The notes: generated from the letters alone by a model not told the origin. A stretch of 32,000 nt of DNA from Mycobacterium leprae TN (GCF_000195855.1 NC_002677.1:120001-152000), one strand, 5' to 3'. Shown: positions 11,873-23,156, counted from the stretch's first letter. Numbers and translations: made by a program.

Positions 11873-13422
11873 TTATGAAGAGTACAGCCGAGAAGCTGGC
11901 TGAGCTTCGCGTTCGGCTGGAGTTGGCCAACGAGCCCGGAGGTGAAAAGGCCGCCGCCAAGCGCGACAAGAAGAATATCCCAAGTGCCCGTGCCCGCATC
12001 TACGCGTTGGTCGATCCGGGCACGTTTCTTGAGATCGGCGCGCTGACGCGCACTCCGGGTGATCCCAACGCGCTCTACGGCGATGGTGTTGTCACCGGAC
12101 ACGGCCTCATTAACGGCCGGCAGGTCGGGGTGTTCTCGCACGACCAGACGGTGTTCGGTGGCACGGTCGGTGAGATGTTCGGCCGCAAAGTGGCCCGGCT
12201 CATGGAGTGGTGCGCGATGGCTGGATGCCCGATTGTCGGCATTAACGACTCTGGTGGTGCACGCATCCAAGATGCGGTGACCTCGTTGGCATGGTACGCC
12301 GAGTTGGGTCGCCGACACGAGCTACTGAGTGGAATTGTGCCGCAGATCTCTATTGTTTTGGGAAAATGCGCTGGGGGAGCGGTGTATTCGCCGATCCAGA
12401 CTGACTTGGTGGTTGCGGTGCGTGGCCAGGGTTACATGTTTGTCACCGGCCCTGACGTCATCAAGGACGTGACCGGAGAAGAGGTGAGCTTAGATGAGCT
12501 GGGCGGCGTCGACTCCCAGGCTAAGTACGGCAACATCCACCAGGTGGTGGAGTCTGAGGCGGCCGCATTCGGTTACGTGCGGGATTTCCTGTCATTTCTG
12601 CCGCCCAACTGCTTCGACAAAGCGCCGATCGTGAACCCTGGCCTGGAGCCTGAGATCATGGCACATGACCTCGAGTTAGACTCAATCGTGCCGGATTCAG
12701 ACAATACGGCATATGACATGCGTGAGGTTCTGCTACGGATTTTCGATGATGGCCATTTCCTGGACGTCGCCGCACAAGCCGGACAGGCCATCATCACCGG
12801 CTATGCCCGTGTTGACGGCCGCACTGTGGGTGTGGTGGCTAACCAGCCTATGCACCTGTCTGGGGCGATTGACAATGAAGCCTCCGACAAGGCTGCGCGG
12901 TTTATCCGGTTCTGTGACGCTTTCAATATCCCGTTGGTTTTCGTGGTAGACACGCCTGGGTTCTTGCCGGGGGTAGAGCAGGAGAAAAACGGTATTATCA
13001 AGCGCGGCGGTCGGTTCCTTTATGCGGTAGTGGAGGCCGATGTACCGAAGGTGACGATCACGATTCGCAAGTCTTATGGCGGCGCGTACGCGGTGATGGG
13101 ATCCAAGCAGCTGGCCGCCGACCTGAACTTTGCCTGGCCGACCGCGCGCATCGCCGTGATCGGCGCTGACGGTGCCGCGCAGCTCTTAATGAAACGCTTC
13201 CCAGATCCGAGTTCGCCGGACGTCCAGGCGATCCGCAAGACCTTCGTTGACAATTACAATCTCAACATGGCGATCCCGTGGATTGCTGCCGAGCGCGGGT
13301 TCATCGACGCTGTGGTTGAGCCGCACCAAACCAGGCTGTTGCTGCGCAAGTCATTACATCTGTTGCGCGACAAGCAGCAGTGGTGGCGGGTGGGACGTAA
13401 GCACGGACTCATCCCGTTATAG
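11869..13422 (+). CDS. accD4: Acyl-CoA carboxylase carboxyltransferase beta subunit AccD4 (517 aa)
   Basis: The ATG overlaps the pks13 stop (ATGA at 11869-11872). The sequence ...[30 protein letters not shown]...[12 protein letters not shown]... is carboxyltransferase family and near-identical in pattern to M. tuberculosis AccD4. Confidence 0.95.
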   Translation: MIMKSTAEKLAELRVRLELANEPGGEKAAAKRDKKNIPSARARIYALVDPGTFLEIGALTRTPGDPNALYGDGVVTGHGLINGRQVGVFSHDQTVFGGTVGEMFGRKVARLMEWCAMAGCPIVGINDSGGARIQDAVTSLAWYAELGRRHELLSGIVPQISIVLGKCAGGAVYSPIQTDLVVAVRGQGYMFVTGPDVIKDVTGEEVSLDELGGVDSQAKYGNIHQVVESEAAAFGYVRDFLSFLPPNCFDKAPIVNPGLEPEIMAHDLELDSIVPDSDNTAYDMREVLLRIFDDGHFLDVAAQAGQAIITGYARVDGRTVGVVANQPMHLSGAIDNEASDKAARFIRFCDAFNIPLVFVVDTPGFLPGVEQEKNGIIKRGGRFLYAVVEADVPKVTITIRKSYGGAYAVMGSKQLAADLNFAWPTARIAVIGADGAAQLLMKRFPDPSSPDVQAIRKTFVDNYNLNMAIPWIAAERGFIDAVVEPHQTRLLLRKSLHLLRDKQQWWRVGRKHGLIPL

Positions 13423-14199
13423 GGCGATTTTTGCTGGAGGGCACAAGGCCTGTCGGCTTTCAATAAAGTGCTATCGTATGCGCTATTTTTTCAAACGCAC
13501 ATTGGTGTATGTTTCGTGGCTTTGCTTACGATTCGTGAGTCGGAGCAGAAGCAGCCAGCTAATCTGGAACTTTGCGTTATGGCTGGGATAATTTGTGCCT
13601 CCCAAACTTGGATGAGAACCCGTCGACTCTAAAATTTAATGATGTGCAACATAATGCAGATAGTACGATCGCTGGTTGCTGACACCGGCGTGGGCAATTT
13701 GGTTATTCCATATTCCGATGTGCACGCTGCGCAATGGGACGCTGCACTACCAGTGTGAACACTGAATCGAGCTAGTTGAATTTGTTGATCCGGAGTCTGT
13801 ATGTGGCATGCTCTACATTGCCCCGCTAGCTTTTATTTATAGCATCAACGCGCCGTACATGAATTCGTTGAAACACTCCAGCGTCTCATCGGAGTCGATG
13901 GTCGATGCGAGTACCGCGCAGTGGACCGCGGTCGGCTAGATGGCGTTGCGCATACAGTCGGGCAACGAATGCCTTGCGGTTGTTGCCCCGGGATAGCCTA
14001 GTCCAGGCAGCCTGCTCGTTGAGCAACGCACCGGTTAACCGTCCTCCATGGACTAGACCAGCTGATTCGGCCGTGCCTTGACCAGGATAGCCACGCAGGC
14101 TGCGTGGTGTCCCCATCATCACCACCGTCGGAGACCGACACAGTGGCGCGTAGCTACGTCAGCAGCGTCTCGTGTGCGTGAGTCTATTCTGTCTATTGC

Positions 14200-15350
14200 A
14201 TATAAGTAATACTATGCCGGCCATCGAGATACAGAATGTTGTCGAAGCTCTACCCGATGGTGTTCATGTGCGTATCACGCAGCAGCCGGTGAACCGACCA
14301 GTTCTCGATGTGGCTGTCACCTGCGCGATGATCCCAAGACGGCCCACACCTTCAGTTCGGTGATGGCTACCGCAATGCGTTGCCGTATGTTATTGGGTAT
14401 GGCGTTATCGGGATAATCCGGGCGATGGCAACGGTTTGTTTGTCCGCATTCGCCACGATGAATTGAATAGTCTGCCGCTTCCAAAGCATGACACAGTGAC
14501 TCTACCAGGGCTCGGCATGCTTTACCTAGATCGACCCAGGTGATATCGCTCCACGCGGTGTTGGCCAGCTCTCCCTTCGTGCAGCCGAGTCCATCGCCGT
14601 AGACGGGACTCGCATCACCGCTTGGCTTCCGCATTGACGAATTCCCCCATCGGTCACGACCGATGGGGCGAGCCTTGACTTTGAAGTCGGGGCCCCCGGA
14701 CACTGTTGCGTAAACGTCGCGGAAGGCGCGCAGCACGAGAAAGTGACGACGCCATGGGGAGAGTTGGATGTGTCCTAGGGGTTGGCCAGTACGATACCGC
14801 CTCCTCTGCGTAATTCGACGTAAACCACTTGAAGCCGTTTAGCAGCGATGTGTTCCCGCCGCGTTAAGCGACTCGCCGAGCTTTTTCTCCGGTCTTCCAG
14901 ATCGGAGTCGCCGGTTCGTTCAGCCAGTAGCTGCGCCGTCGCCCACACATTCTCCGGAGTGGAATTGGGCCAGTATATACTTCTGCACGTTGGGCTGTGC
15001 ATAGGCGGCAACCATATTGAGCATTAACGATGCACCAGCATAGGGTGGTATACTCTCCAGTTTACCATATTTTGCATGATCGCGACCGTGCACAGTTCGA
15101 TTTGTCAACGATACCGCCGAGGCTCCTATGGCGACGCCCCCGCATCATTGCTAGCACACTTGATGACCGACACCTGGCAAGACGTCGCACCGGACAAGCG
15201 TATTTCGCCCACTTCGATAGCTGTGTTTGGCGTTTTCTACTGGAGAAATGATTGTTGTCGCTTACACTAGAAAGTCTTCGGGCCCTAGCCATGGCGGCGA
15301 GCTATGGGTAGGCGGCGCAAAGCGATCTCCGGCTACTGGAATAACCTCGT
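14200..15350 (-). pseudogene. Decayed acyl-CoA dehydrogenase gene (position and orientation of fadE35/Rv3797); boundaries approximate
   Basis: ACAD motifs lie on the minus strand, scattered over at least 3 frames and interrupted by stops. NMVAAYAQPNVQKYILAQFHSGE (~14950-15020) resembles G-x-EQK-x-YLP-x-L-SGE. LAERTGDSDL (14898-14927, shifted frame) resembles LTEPxAGSDL. ALEAADYSIHRGECGQ (14440-14487) resembles ALexAxxYAxeRxQFG. VHRLLRDTHMNTIG-stop (14250-14294, another frame) resembles xERxxRDARxxxIxEGT. Confidence 0.6.
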
Positions 15351-15599
15351 CGCTACCGCTGATGCGTTCACCGATGGTTGGCTGTACGTTGTGGATTTCG
15401 CCCGAATCAGCTCCTAGGGATATCTGACTAGCGTCAATCGCAAAAAAAGATATGCTCATCAGAGGCAGGGAAGATATCTATACAGTTGAAATCTAGCCGT
15501 GCTTTATGCACATAACGCTGTTGTTGGCGCCGCATGCATCAGATTAGTCCTCATACCACTCTAGGGGAAGAAATCGCTTTGATGATCCACCTGGCTGCC

Positions 15600-16560
15600 C
15601 TTGATTTCTTCGGCGCGATAACCGACGGTACCTCTGCAAGTTCAATGGAAAAATCATCACATACGCACTGCAACAGCACTTCCCATAACATCCTAAACCG
15701 TCCCTTTCTTGACGGGGGATTTCATCTCACACTCGAGGTATGGGTCGTGCTCAATTCGGTGGTCGGTAGCAGGACGGTAAGGATCAGGGTGGGATCGAAT
15801 TCCCCAATCAGGTTTTGAAGCACTTCGGTTACCCCACGACGGCAGACCGGCGCTATGTGGGTCTGCTGGCGGTAACCACGTTTGCGTCTAGCTCCAGAGC
15901 CTTGAAGATGTCCGCACCGCTTTTGATATGCCCGAGTCGAATAAATTCTCCGACTGTGGTGGACGATGTCAACCAGCGCATCGGCTGCCCCTATGAGGGA
16001 ATCTATTTGTTGTCCAATGGTGGTTCGATACGTCGATGCTTTTGACGCCGAGTCCGGCCGGCCCGGTGGGCGTCTTTGGGATGCTGAATGCCCTTCAGCG
16101 GGATCGGTGGCCGAGTCCGTTTTCGTAATTCGGCGATGTTGTCTCAATTCAGCTTTGGGCGCGAATAGGTGGCAAAGAACGTTTCCACGCTGACGCCGAG
16201 CACCGGAGACACCAGGTTGCCGAGGAAACTACCGGGCATGCTGTCCCCTAGTGAGATCAATGTCCATATTGTTCATTTCTGCCACGGCGTCTTTCATCGG
16301 CGCCGAGTTTTGATTGGGGAAGATGTATAGGACTGCCGACGGTAGCGGCGGTCGAGCTGTTCTCAACATCTACTCGTTTGCGCACTAAGGCGGCTGCTCT
16401 GACCGTAATCGCCAGCGACGTATGCCCCAGACTGGTTTCGACACGACATGCGTTGCTGGACAAAGCGTTCCAACTTCGATATATTCATCAGTATCGCCGG
16501 AACCCGGCGGGGCACGCCTGCACGATAGAGCGCGTCCTAGCGGTTTCTGCCCGGATGGCC
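15600..16560 (-). pseudogene. Decayed FMN-dependent alpha-hydroxy-acid dehydrogenase (LldD/glycolate-oxidase family) gene; boundaries approximate, N-terminal part apparently missing
   Basis: Minus-strand fragments lie in several frames with stops. IDLTRGQHAR-stop (16229-16261) resembles lTvDxPxxGxR. IAELRKRTRPPIPLKGIQHPKDAHRAG (16057-16143) resembles the lPxxlKGIxxxeDAxxA segment. ASTYRTTIGQQIDSLIGAADALVDIV (~15975-16040) resembles the VSNHGGRQLD signature. GHIKSGADIFKALELDANVVTASRPT-stop (15853-15933) resembles DGGIRxGxDvxKAlALGAxaVxiGRP. GVTEVLQNLIGEFDPTLILTV (~15770-15835) is the C-terminal helix pattern. Confidence 0.55.
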
Positions 16561-16572
16561 CGGTGTAAGAAG

Positions 16573-19500
16573 TCACGGTTTAATCCGGATCTTGCCCGGT
16601 GACCACCATCCGCTGCGGGTAGCGGTGTCCAAGTCGAGTTGCGCGGGATGGGTATCCACAAGGGGGTCGAACTTACGTAGTGAGCCCCAGTCGCGGCCCC
16701 AGTCGCGGGCCAGGTACGTGGACATTACATGGGCCCGCAGTAGTAGGTCGGTGATCCCCAACAGGCCGCCGTTGGCGCCGTCTTCCCAGGTGTCGGTATC
16801 TATTTTTTTAGCTGAGTAGTCGGGTGTGATGCGGAATTTCGGAATATCGGTGACGCCGTTAGCGTGCAGCATCGGCTGCTGACACGGGAACGCCAGCCCT
16901 ACCTCCCAGTCCAGCAAAACCGGCTGCGACGAGCCGACGTACTCCTGCAGTGAGCGTAGTTCCGGCACCCGCGGGGGGGTCACCGCGATCCAGTCTTCCG
17001 GTGTCAGAGAGAGGTTCTCGGCCACAACTCGGACCGCAACCGCGTCGAAGGGCATCTGGGATCGTGCGAAGCGCAGGTTGCGCCAGGCTTTTGGTTGCTC
17101 GCCGTACAGATCGTCGGGAACTAATCGTCCCGCTGGAACCAGGCCGCCGTTGGGCCCGGGGTCGCCGTATTCCAGCACGACGGTCTGCCCATACGTGTGT
17201 CCATGCAACACGCTGTTACCGGTGATTTTGCCGGCGGCAGTTACCACCACCAGAGGATGTCTGTCGTCGGGTTTAGGCAGTTGGTACCAGGCGGAGGTAA
17301 GTCTGCTCTGTTGTTGCGCACCAGTGGTGTAGGTGCCTGCAATCGGCACCTTATTGGGGTTAAGGCCGTAGGGCAGCGGGACCACTGATCCGTTGATGCC
17401 CGGCGCTTTCAACTTCGTCGGGGCTTCCCAGTCGTAGTCGGTGCCAGGCTGATTGGGGGTTATTCGAATCGCCTCGGCCACCGTGTGTTCCGGCACCCCG
17501 TTCGCTGTGAAGCCGATCGCGTTGACTCCACCCAGCGGCCCCAGCGGGCCGTAGTTGCTGGGCAGCGCCGTCATGTAGCCCGCGTTGCTGTCCGGCTCGA
17601 CGAGTACGTCGTCGGCCAGGCCGCAGCCGCCGGTCAACGCCCGTATATTGGCCCACCCGTTGGAGTAGGTAGGGTACTGTCGCACGATCCCGGCCACCAT
17701 CGATCCTATGAACACCAACGTCATTAACCCGGCTGCGAACGGGATAGGCGCCCAGAAAGACACTGTCAACGTCCGGATCAGCCGACCTTCCCCATGCCCG
17801 GTGTTTGTGAAATGCAAATAGTACGCATAGAGCGCGACAATAGCAAAAAGTATGAAAAATATTGTGCTGAAAGTTATTCCGTCAATGCGTGGCATGGCAC
17901 TGTTGAACGGAACGCCGTAGCTAGAGACATACCACCAGCCGTTGGTGGTTGCGAAGCACAACGTCATGACGAATAACAGTGCCGCCAGGAACGCCATCCG
18001 ATTACGAGACCACCGCAGTACCTCATGTGACACCAGCACAGTTGTCAACGCGGCCACCGCGGCGCCTAACGCGGCAAACAGTCCGAAGTGATGCACCCAC
18101 TTGGTTGGGGCGAATGTCAAGAAGAACATGGTGCCCAGGATGGTGCCGATGAGACGCCACGCCGGACCACGCGCTACGCCAGGAATCTGTTTGCGCCGCA
18201 ATGTGATTAACACCGCAGTGAACAGGCACAGCGCGGTGATCAAGAAGCCGAATCGGCGTGACAGTGAACCGTCGACGGTGGGCAGGATGAGGTAATAATA
18301 GCGCAAGTTCTCTGTGTACCATGCCTGTGCAGGACCGATTGCGGTTCGAACCTTGGTGGCCTCCAACACCGTTGACAGCGTCTGCTCGGCGAATACCACC
18401 GTGAGAACAACGGTGCCAGCAGCTAGCAGTGGAGCTACCAGCGGCCAGGCTCCGACGGCGCGATGCCTGCGCACCAAAATGTACAGCATCGGCCGGCCGC
18501 CAGCCAGCAATGCTGCCACCGCGATCAGCCCGGTAGGCTGGATACCTATTGTGAACGCCGCAGTCAGCGTCGCCAGCGCCACCGGTGTCATGCGGCCGTA
18601 GGTGATTGCCCGCTCGATGAGCACATACGTTATTAGCGCGCCCAGGGCGATTTGGCCTTCAGGACGCAGCCCGTTGTTGAAGGGCATCCACGCCGCTAAC
18701 AACACCAACCCGGCGGCCCACAACGCGGGTTTGAAGCCTACAATCGCGGGACCTAGTCGTGGCAGGACTTCGCGAGACAAGAGTAGCCAGCATGCCACTC
18801 CACAGATTAAGTCGGGCAAGCGGATCCACATGCTGGCGTCGCTGACATGGATCATAAGCGCTAGCAGGTTGTAATACCACCCGAAGGGGTCTTCTGGGCT
18901 GCCGAACCAGCGGAAATAGTTCGCCATGTAACCGGAGTGGTCGGCGGTGCGCGCCATCTGCATCTGATAGCCGTCATCGGAGGAGTTCGCGCCGATCACA
19001 TGCCACAGCAAGAACCCGAATATCACCGCGACGTCGACCAGTGTGAACATGCTCCACCTGGCCGGAATGAGCCGACGCATTCGCCGGCCATCCAACTGGT
19101 CGAGGCGCCACAGTGCGACCAGGGCGCCGACGGTAGTAATGATCGCCAACATCATAGCAAACCGTTTTAGTGTCGTTGGCGTGCTAGAGAACCGGGTGTC
19201 AATGGTCGCCGAGAGCCTCAATCCGGACGGCGCGCCACCGGTCAGATCGGTGAACACCCCGACGATCTGCGGGCGTAGGTTCGGATCTGGAAAGCCGCCA
19301 CGCAGCGGATTTCCGGCTGAATCGGTTACCCCGACGAAGGTGGCGAAGGTGCCGGCGTGCGTCGATGTGACCTCGATGCTGGAACATCCGGGTGCGCCTG
19401 CGTCCCCGGCCACCTGATTGCGCGGCACACTCAGGATCACTACATTGCGGTCGGTGACGTCCACCCGCTGACTGTTGACGTCGATGAACAACGCGTTGAG

Positions 19501-19824
19501 GTTGGCGTCTTTCCCCTGCTTGGGCGCGGTACCCAGGACCACCCCGCCGCTAGGCGGCAAGGCGGCGACCACAGCGCACGGTACGGTGGCGGTTATGTCG
19601 ACCGGTGTTAACGAAATCAAGGGCGCCGTAACGCTATTCAATTGGCCGTTCTGCGGCCAATTCAGCGTCGCGGTCGTCTGCACCACCGGCAGCAGCGGTG
19701 TCACGACCGACGACACGAAGCCGATCAGCCCGGCGATGGCAGCAACCCAACGCGCCACCCGCACATTGCGGCTGGCAGTGCGGTTTGCGATTGCGACTCG
19801 GTGTGCGCGGTATATCACACTCAT
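16573..19824 (-). CDS. embB: Arabinosyltransferase EmbB (GT-C, 1083 aa)
   Basis: The ATG (19824-19822) overlaps the embA stop (ATGA). The N-terminus reads ...[33 protein letters not shown]. It has the DDGY glycosyltransferase motif, and the C-terminus ...[17 protein letters not shown] is collinear with M. tuberculosis EmbB. Confidence 0.97.
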   Translation of the reverse strand: MSVIYRAHRVAIANRTASRNVRVARWVAAIAGLIGFVSSVVTPLLPVVQTTATLNWPQNGQLNSVTAPLISLTPVDITATVPCAVVAALPPSGGVVLGTAPKQGKDANLNALFIDVNSQRVDVTDRNVVILSVPRNQVAGDAGAPGCSSIEVTSTHAGTFATFVGVTDSAGNPLRGGFPDPNLRPQIVGVFTDLTGGAPSGLRLSATIDTRFSSTPTTLKRFAMMLAIITTVGALVALWRLDQLDGRRMRRLIPARWSMFTLVDVAVIFGFLLWHVIGANSSDDGYQMQMARTADHSGYMANYFRWFGSPEDPFGWYYNLLALMIHVSDASMWIRLPDLICGVACWLLLSREVLPRLGPAIVGFKPALWAAGLVLLAAWMPFNNGLRPEGQIALGALITYVLIERAITYGRMTPVALATLTAAFTIGIQPTGLIAVAALLAGGRPMLYILVRRHRAVGAWPLVAPLLAAGTVVLTVVFAEQTLSTVLEATKVRTAIGPAQAWYTENLRYYYLILPTVDGSLSRRFGFLITALCLFTAVLITLRRKQIPGVARGPAWRLIGTILGTMFFLTFAPTKWVHHFGLFAALGAAVAALTTVLVSHEVLRWSRNRMAFLAALLFVMTLCFATTNGWWYVSSYGVPFNSAMPRIDGITFSTIFFILFAIVALYAYYLHFTNTGHGEGRLIRTLTVSFWAPIPFAAGLMTLVFIGSMVAGIVRQYPTYSNGWANIRALTGGCGLADDVLVEPDSNAGYMTALPSNYGPLGPLGGVNAIGFTANGVPEHTVAEAIRITPNQPGTDYDWEAPTKLKAPGINGSVVPLPYGLNPNKVPIAGTYTTGAQQQSRLTSAWYQLPKPDDRHPLVVVTAAGKITGNSVLHGHTYGQTVVLEYGDPGPNGGLVPAGRLVPDDLYGEQPKAWRNLRFARSQMPFDAVAVRVVAENLSLTPEDWIAVTPPRVPELRSLQEYVGSSQPVLLDWEVGLAFPCQQPMLHANGVTDIPKFRITPDYSAKKIDTDTWEDGANGGLLGITDLLLRAHVMSTYLARDWGRDWGSLRKFDPLVDTHPAQLDLDTATRSGWWSPGKIRIKP

Positions 19825-22800
19825 GGCAGCGCCCTAATCGGTCCTCGACGGATCCAGCCAGGCACTGTGATCATGCCCTGCTTCACAACGGCTTCTGGTG
19901 CCTGGTCGGCGGGTACTAGCCGGTAATACTGTTCCACCGATCCCCAGTCCCGGTACCAGTCGTCCCGCAGGTACGTTGAAATCGTCGAGGTTCGCAGTAA
20001 CGCCTGCAGGAACAAGAACGGGCCGCCGGCCTCGCTGGATTGCCACAGGTTCGACGATGCAGCTGTCTGCTTGTGGTCGGGTAGTATGCGGTACTGCGGG
20101 AGTTCGGCGATGCCAAGGTGTTCGGAGAATGGCCGCTGGCAGGGGAAGTTCGCCGCCGTAGCGATGTCCATCAGCACCGGGGTCTGCGACCCAAGTAACT
20201 GCTGCAGAGTTTGTAAGACCGGCACCCGCGGCGGAGTGAATGCCAGCCATTGATCCGGGCTTAGGTTCGGATCGTAAGCCACGACGCGTGCCACATTGGC
20301 TTCCGGTGGCGCCCAGGTCAGCGGGAACCGCAGATTGCGCCATGCCGGCTGCGGCCCAATATCGATCGGCATCACCTGCGCGAGTGGCTGGATGATGCCG
20401 TCGGGACGGGTGACACCCCACTGCAGTTTGAGCGATTGTCCGTAGATGAAGTTGCCGTCCTCTTTATAGGACCAGATGGCACCGGCTGCGGAAACTACCA
20501 CCAGCGGCCGGTCCGCGATGCTTTCTTTCCAATGGAGCGGCAGCTGATACCAGGCTGAGGTGGCCGAGGCGGCGAGTGTGTTTTCGCCGTAGCTGCCCAT
20601 CACCGGTGTGCGGTCCGGATCCAGGCCGAACGGCAGCGCCACATGCGACCCGTTAACCCCCACCGGGCCTTTGCCGCCGGCGGTGCCCGCAGAGTCACTG
20701 AAAGTGACGTTGGGTTTGTTGGGGGAAGCGTCGGAGTTAACCAGTCCGGGTTTGCTCACCACCGGATCGGATTTCAAATCGTCGTTCACGCCTTCGGGTT
20801 TGAAGCCGATGGGATTCATCCCGCCCAGCGGCCCGGTAGGACCGAAGATTTGTCCCGGAACTGGCTGCAGCATCCCGGCATTGGGGTCGGGCTCGGTCAG
20901 TACATCATCGGCCATCGCGCAGACGCTGGGTGCGAGTCCGGACCGGAGTGCGGCCAGGTTGGCCTTGGCAGTGGTGTAGAGTGGGTAGCGGGCCACGGCT
21001 CCCTTGGCCAGCGAGCCGACTTCGCATAGGACCATGGTTGTCGCGACCACCACCAGCGGGGTCGTCGCCAGAAAGCGGTTGCGGCGGGTGTCTTTGACTT
21101 CGGTGTGTTTCGCGTAGTCGAGCCGGAAGTGCTGCCCTCCGGCCAGTAACCCGGTCAGGATTGACAATGTCAGGAATATCGACGTCACCGGGTGGCCGGC
21201 GATGACGGGCTGGATGTCGAACCAAGGAACCCCGTAATTGCTAACGCCAAACCAGCCATTGATGCCGGCGGTGGCCCACGCCAGTACGAACAGCAGCGCG
21301 GTAATGTACACCGTCAGATTGCGGCGGGTGTGTAGGCTGATCCGGGCGAAGGCGAACGCGGCAATAGCACCGAACGTGCCGGTCAATCCAGCTAACGCAC
21401 CGAACTGGATGGCCCACTTGGTGGGCGTGAACGTTAACAGCAGCAGGCTGGTCGCGGTGGTGCCGATAAGCCGCCAGGTCGGGCCGCTGGCCAACCCCGG
21501 TACCCGGCTTCGGCGCAGTAACACCACCAGCACCCCGAACATGCACAACAACAGCACCAGCACCGGGAACCGCCGGGTCATTGAGCCGTCGGCGTTGGAC
21601 TCCACCGTGAGGAAGTAGTAGCGCAGGAAGTCTTGGTAACAGGCGATCGTCGGACCGACTTTGTACTTGATGCGCGCCGACTCACCGACTGTGGCCAGCG
21701 TTTGACTATGGAACACCACCAGGGTGATCAGCGAAAGAGACGCCGCGAGCACCAGCAGTGGTGCCAGCAATCCGTCAGTCGTCCGGCGTCGGCGTATCGT
21801 CTGGGTGATGGCCCGCGCCCCGGTTAGCAGTGCCGCGATAGCGATCAACCCTTGTGGTGCCAGGGTAGCGGTCAGGATAGCGACCACCGCCGCAGTTGCG
21901 GCCGAAGCCAGTCGCCGCAGTGCGATGGCGCGTTCCACCAGCACCCATGTGAACAGCACACCGAGCGCAATCAGCGGCTCAGGACGCAGCCCGTTGTTGA
22001 ACGGCAGCCACGCGGCCAGGAACATCGCACCCGCGGTGAGCACTGCCACCCGGTTGGTCGACAGACCACCCGTTCCGGGGCCCAGCCGCCGCAGCACCCA
22101 ATGGTTGATTATGAGCCAGCATGCGATACCGGCTAGCGTGGCCGGTATCCGCATCCACACACCGGCGGTACTTACCGACGCTAATTTGGCCAGCACGGTG
22201 AAATACCAATCGAACGGCGCCTCCGTCGCACCGAAGTATCGGTAATAGTTGGCTAAATAGCCGGCCTCCGACGAGACTCGCGCTACGGTCAGATTATAGC
22301 CGTCGTCCGACGAGGTGGCGCCAATGATGTGCCACAACAGTAGCGTCGCGAGTACTCCCCCGTCCGCGATCCTGGAGGCACCTCCTGCTCGTGGGGGAGT
22401 CGCCAGGATGACGCGCCACTGGGCCAGCCAAGCCATCGACACCCGCCAGTTGATCAGGCGGTGGCCGTTCCGGTTGCGTCGGTCCAGGGCCGACAGCGCG
22501 AGTATGGCGATCAGGACCGCCGCCGCACCCACGCCTACCGCGATCTTCTTGATCGCGGTAGGCGCCGTGATGAAGCGGGTGTCGATGTCTATGTGGGCCG
22601 ACAGCCCGGGTTGTACGGGCACTTTCAGGTCGGTGAAGATCCCACCTACCTGTGGTTTTTTCTCAGCTGTTAAAATTCCTGCGGCCCCTGGTATGCCGAC
22701 AAAATTCGCGCCTGCGCCGCGGGTGTTGGCCCAGATGTGCAAGACGCTACAGTTGCCAGCGGCCACCGCTGGGCGTGGTGCTACCGCGGCTACCGAATCC

Positions 22801-23156
22801 CGGAATGCAACGACGACCGCGTTTTTGTTGGCGCGCACGAAGAGCCCGCTTTTGCCGGTATCCACACCACCGGAGGGCAGCGTGGAGACCACCAGTCCTA
22901 CGCTGTCGGGTAAGGTAGCCATGGCCGAGCAAGGAATGGAGATATCTAGCGCGCGTGGCGTTCCGGACACCAGTGGCGCAGTTATTTGGGTTACCCAGCC
23001 ATCCCTGGTGGCGCTTTGCGGCCACCGGATCGTCGCTGTGGTTTGTTTGACCGGCAGCAACGGAACCACGGCGCATAATAGCAGCCCCGTAATTCCTGCA
23101 CCGACGGCGATCAACCGTATGATCCGCTGCGGTGGTTCATGACCGTCGTGGGGCAC
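19821..23156 (-). CDS. embA: Arabinosyltransferase EmbA (GT-C, 1111 aa)
   Basis: GTG start at 23156. The N-terminus is (M)[46 protein letters not shown] and the TSSDDGY motif is present. The C-terminus ...[14 protein letters not shown] parallels M. tuberculosis EmbA. Confidence 0.97.
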   Translation of the reverse strand: MPHDGHEPPQRIIRLIAVGAGITGLLLCAVVPLLPVKQTTATIRWPQSATRDGWVTQITAPLVSGTPRALDISIPCSAMATLPDSVGLVVSTLPSGGVDTGKSGLFVRANKNAVVVAFRDSVAAVAPRPAVAAGNCSVLHIWANTRGAGANFVGIPGAAGILTAEKKPQVGGIFTDLKVPVQPGLSAHIDIDTRFITAPTAIKKIAVGVGAAAVLIAILALSALDRRNRNGHRLINWRVSMAWLAQWRVILATPPRAGGASRIADGGVLATLLLWHIIGATSSDDGYNLTVARVSSEAGYLANYYRYFGATEAPFDWYFTVLAKLASVSTAGVWMRIPATLAGIACWLIINHWVLRRLGPGTGGLSTNRVAVLTAGAMFLAAWLPFNNGLRPEPLIALGVLFTWVLVERAIALRRLASAATAAVVAILTATLAPQGLIAIAALLTGARAITQTIRRRRTTDGLLAPLLVLAASLSLITLVVFHSQTLATVGESARIKYKVGPTIACYQDFLRYYFLTVESNADGSMTRRFPVLVLLLCMFGVLVVLLRRSRVPGLASGPTWRLIGTTATSLLLLTFTPTKWAIQFGALAGLTGTFGAIAAFAFARISLHTRRNLTVYITALLFVLAWATAGINGWFGVSNYGVPWFDIQPVIAGHPVTSIFLTLSILTGLLAGGQHFRLDYAKHTEVKDTRRNRFLATTPLVVVATTMVLCEVGSLAKGAVARYPLYTTAKANLAALRSGLAPSVCAMADDVLTEPDPNAGMLQPVPGQIFGPTGPLGGMNPIGFKPEGVNDDLKSDPVVSKPGLVNSDASPNKPNVTFSDSAGTAGGKGPVGVNGSHVALPFGLDPDRTPVMGSYGENTLAASATSAWYQLPLHWKESIADRPLVVVSAAGAIWSYKEDGNFIYGQSLKLQWGVTRPDGIIQPLAQVMPIDIGPQPAWRNLRFPLTWAPPEANVARVVAYDPNLSPDQWLAFTPPRVPVLQTLQQLLGSQTPVLMDIATAANFPCQRPFSEHLGIAELPQYRILPDHKQTAASSNLWQSSEAGGPFLFLQALLRTSTISTYLRDDWYRDWGSVEQYYRLVPADQAPEAVVKQGMITVPGWIRRGPIRALP

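Noticed and set aside
13247-13591. A 114-aa plus-strand ORF running off the end of accD4.
   Set aside because: Most of it is an alternative frame of accD4. The remainder is AT-rich noncoding-looking sequence, and no motifs are present.
15442-15448. Homopolymer runs (A7 at 15442-15448, T8 at 23422-23429) were considered as possible phase-variation switches.
   Set aside because: Both lie in decayed noncoding DNA with no intact downstream ORF to switch. They are mentioned only as possible promoter-region AT tracts.
15770-15835. GVTEVLQNLIGE was initially read as the acyl-CoA dehydrogenase C-terminal EGTxEIxxxxI motif.
   Set aside because: Its position is inconsistent with the other ACAD landmarks, which lie 14.25-15.0 kb. 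The upstream fragments (KGI, SNHGGRQLD-like, DGGIRxGxDxxKALALGA-like) fit the FMN-dependent dehydrogenase family instead, so it was reassigned to the second pseudogene.
13423-16572. Looked for an intact insertion sequence (M. tuberculosis carries IS1557 at this junction) or a dispersed leprosy-bacillus repeat such as RLEP.
   Set aside because: There is no transposase-length ORF, no terminal inverted repeats, and none of the RLEP primer or probe sequences I can recall are present. The recognisable remnants are metabolic genes.
22315-23142. A 275-aa ORF antisense to embA. The same class includes 21724-22245 and 20608-21029 (antisense to embA), 25376-26401 and 26855-27307 (antisense to embC), and 27634-28077 (antisense to aftA).
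   Set aside because: All are antisense shadows of the emb/aft genes. Their Ala/Arg/Pro/Ser-rich translations lack motifs, and the sense frames carry unmistakable homology.
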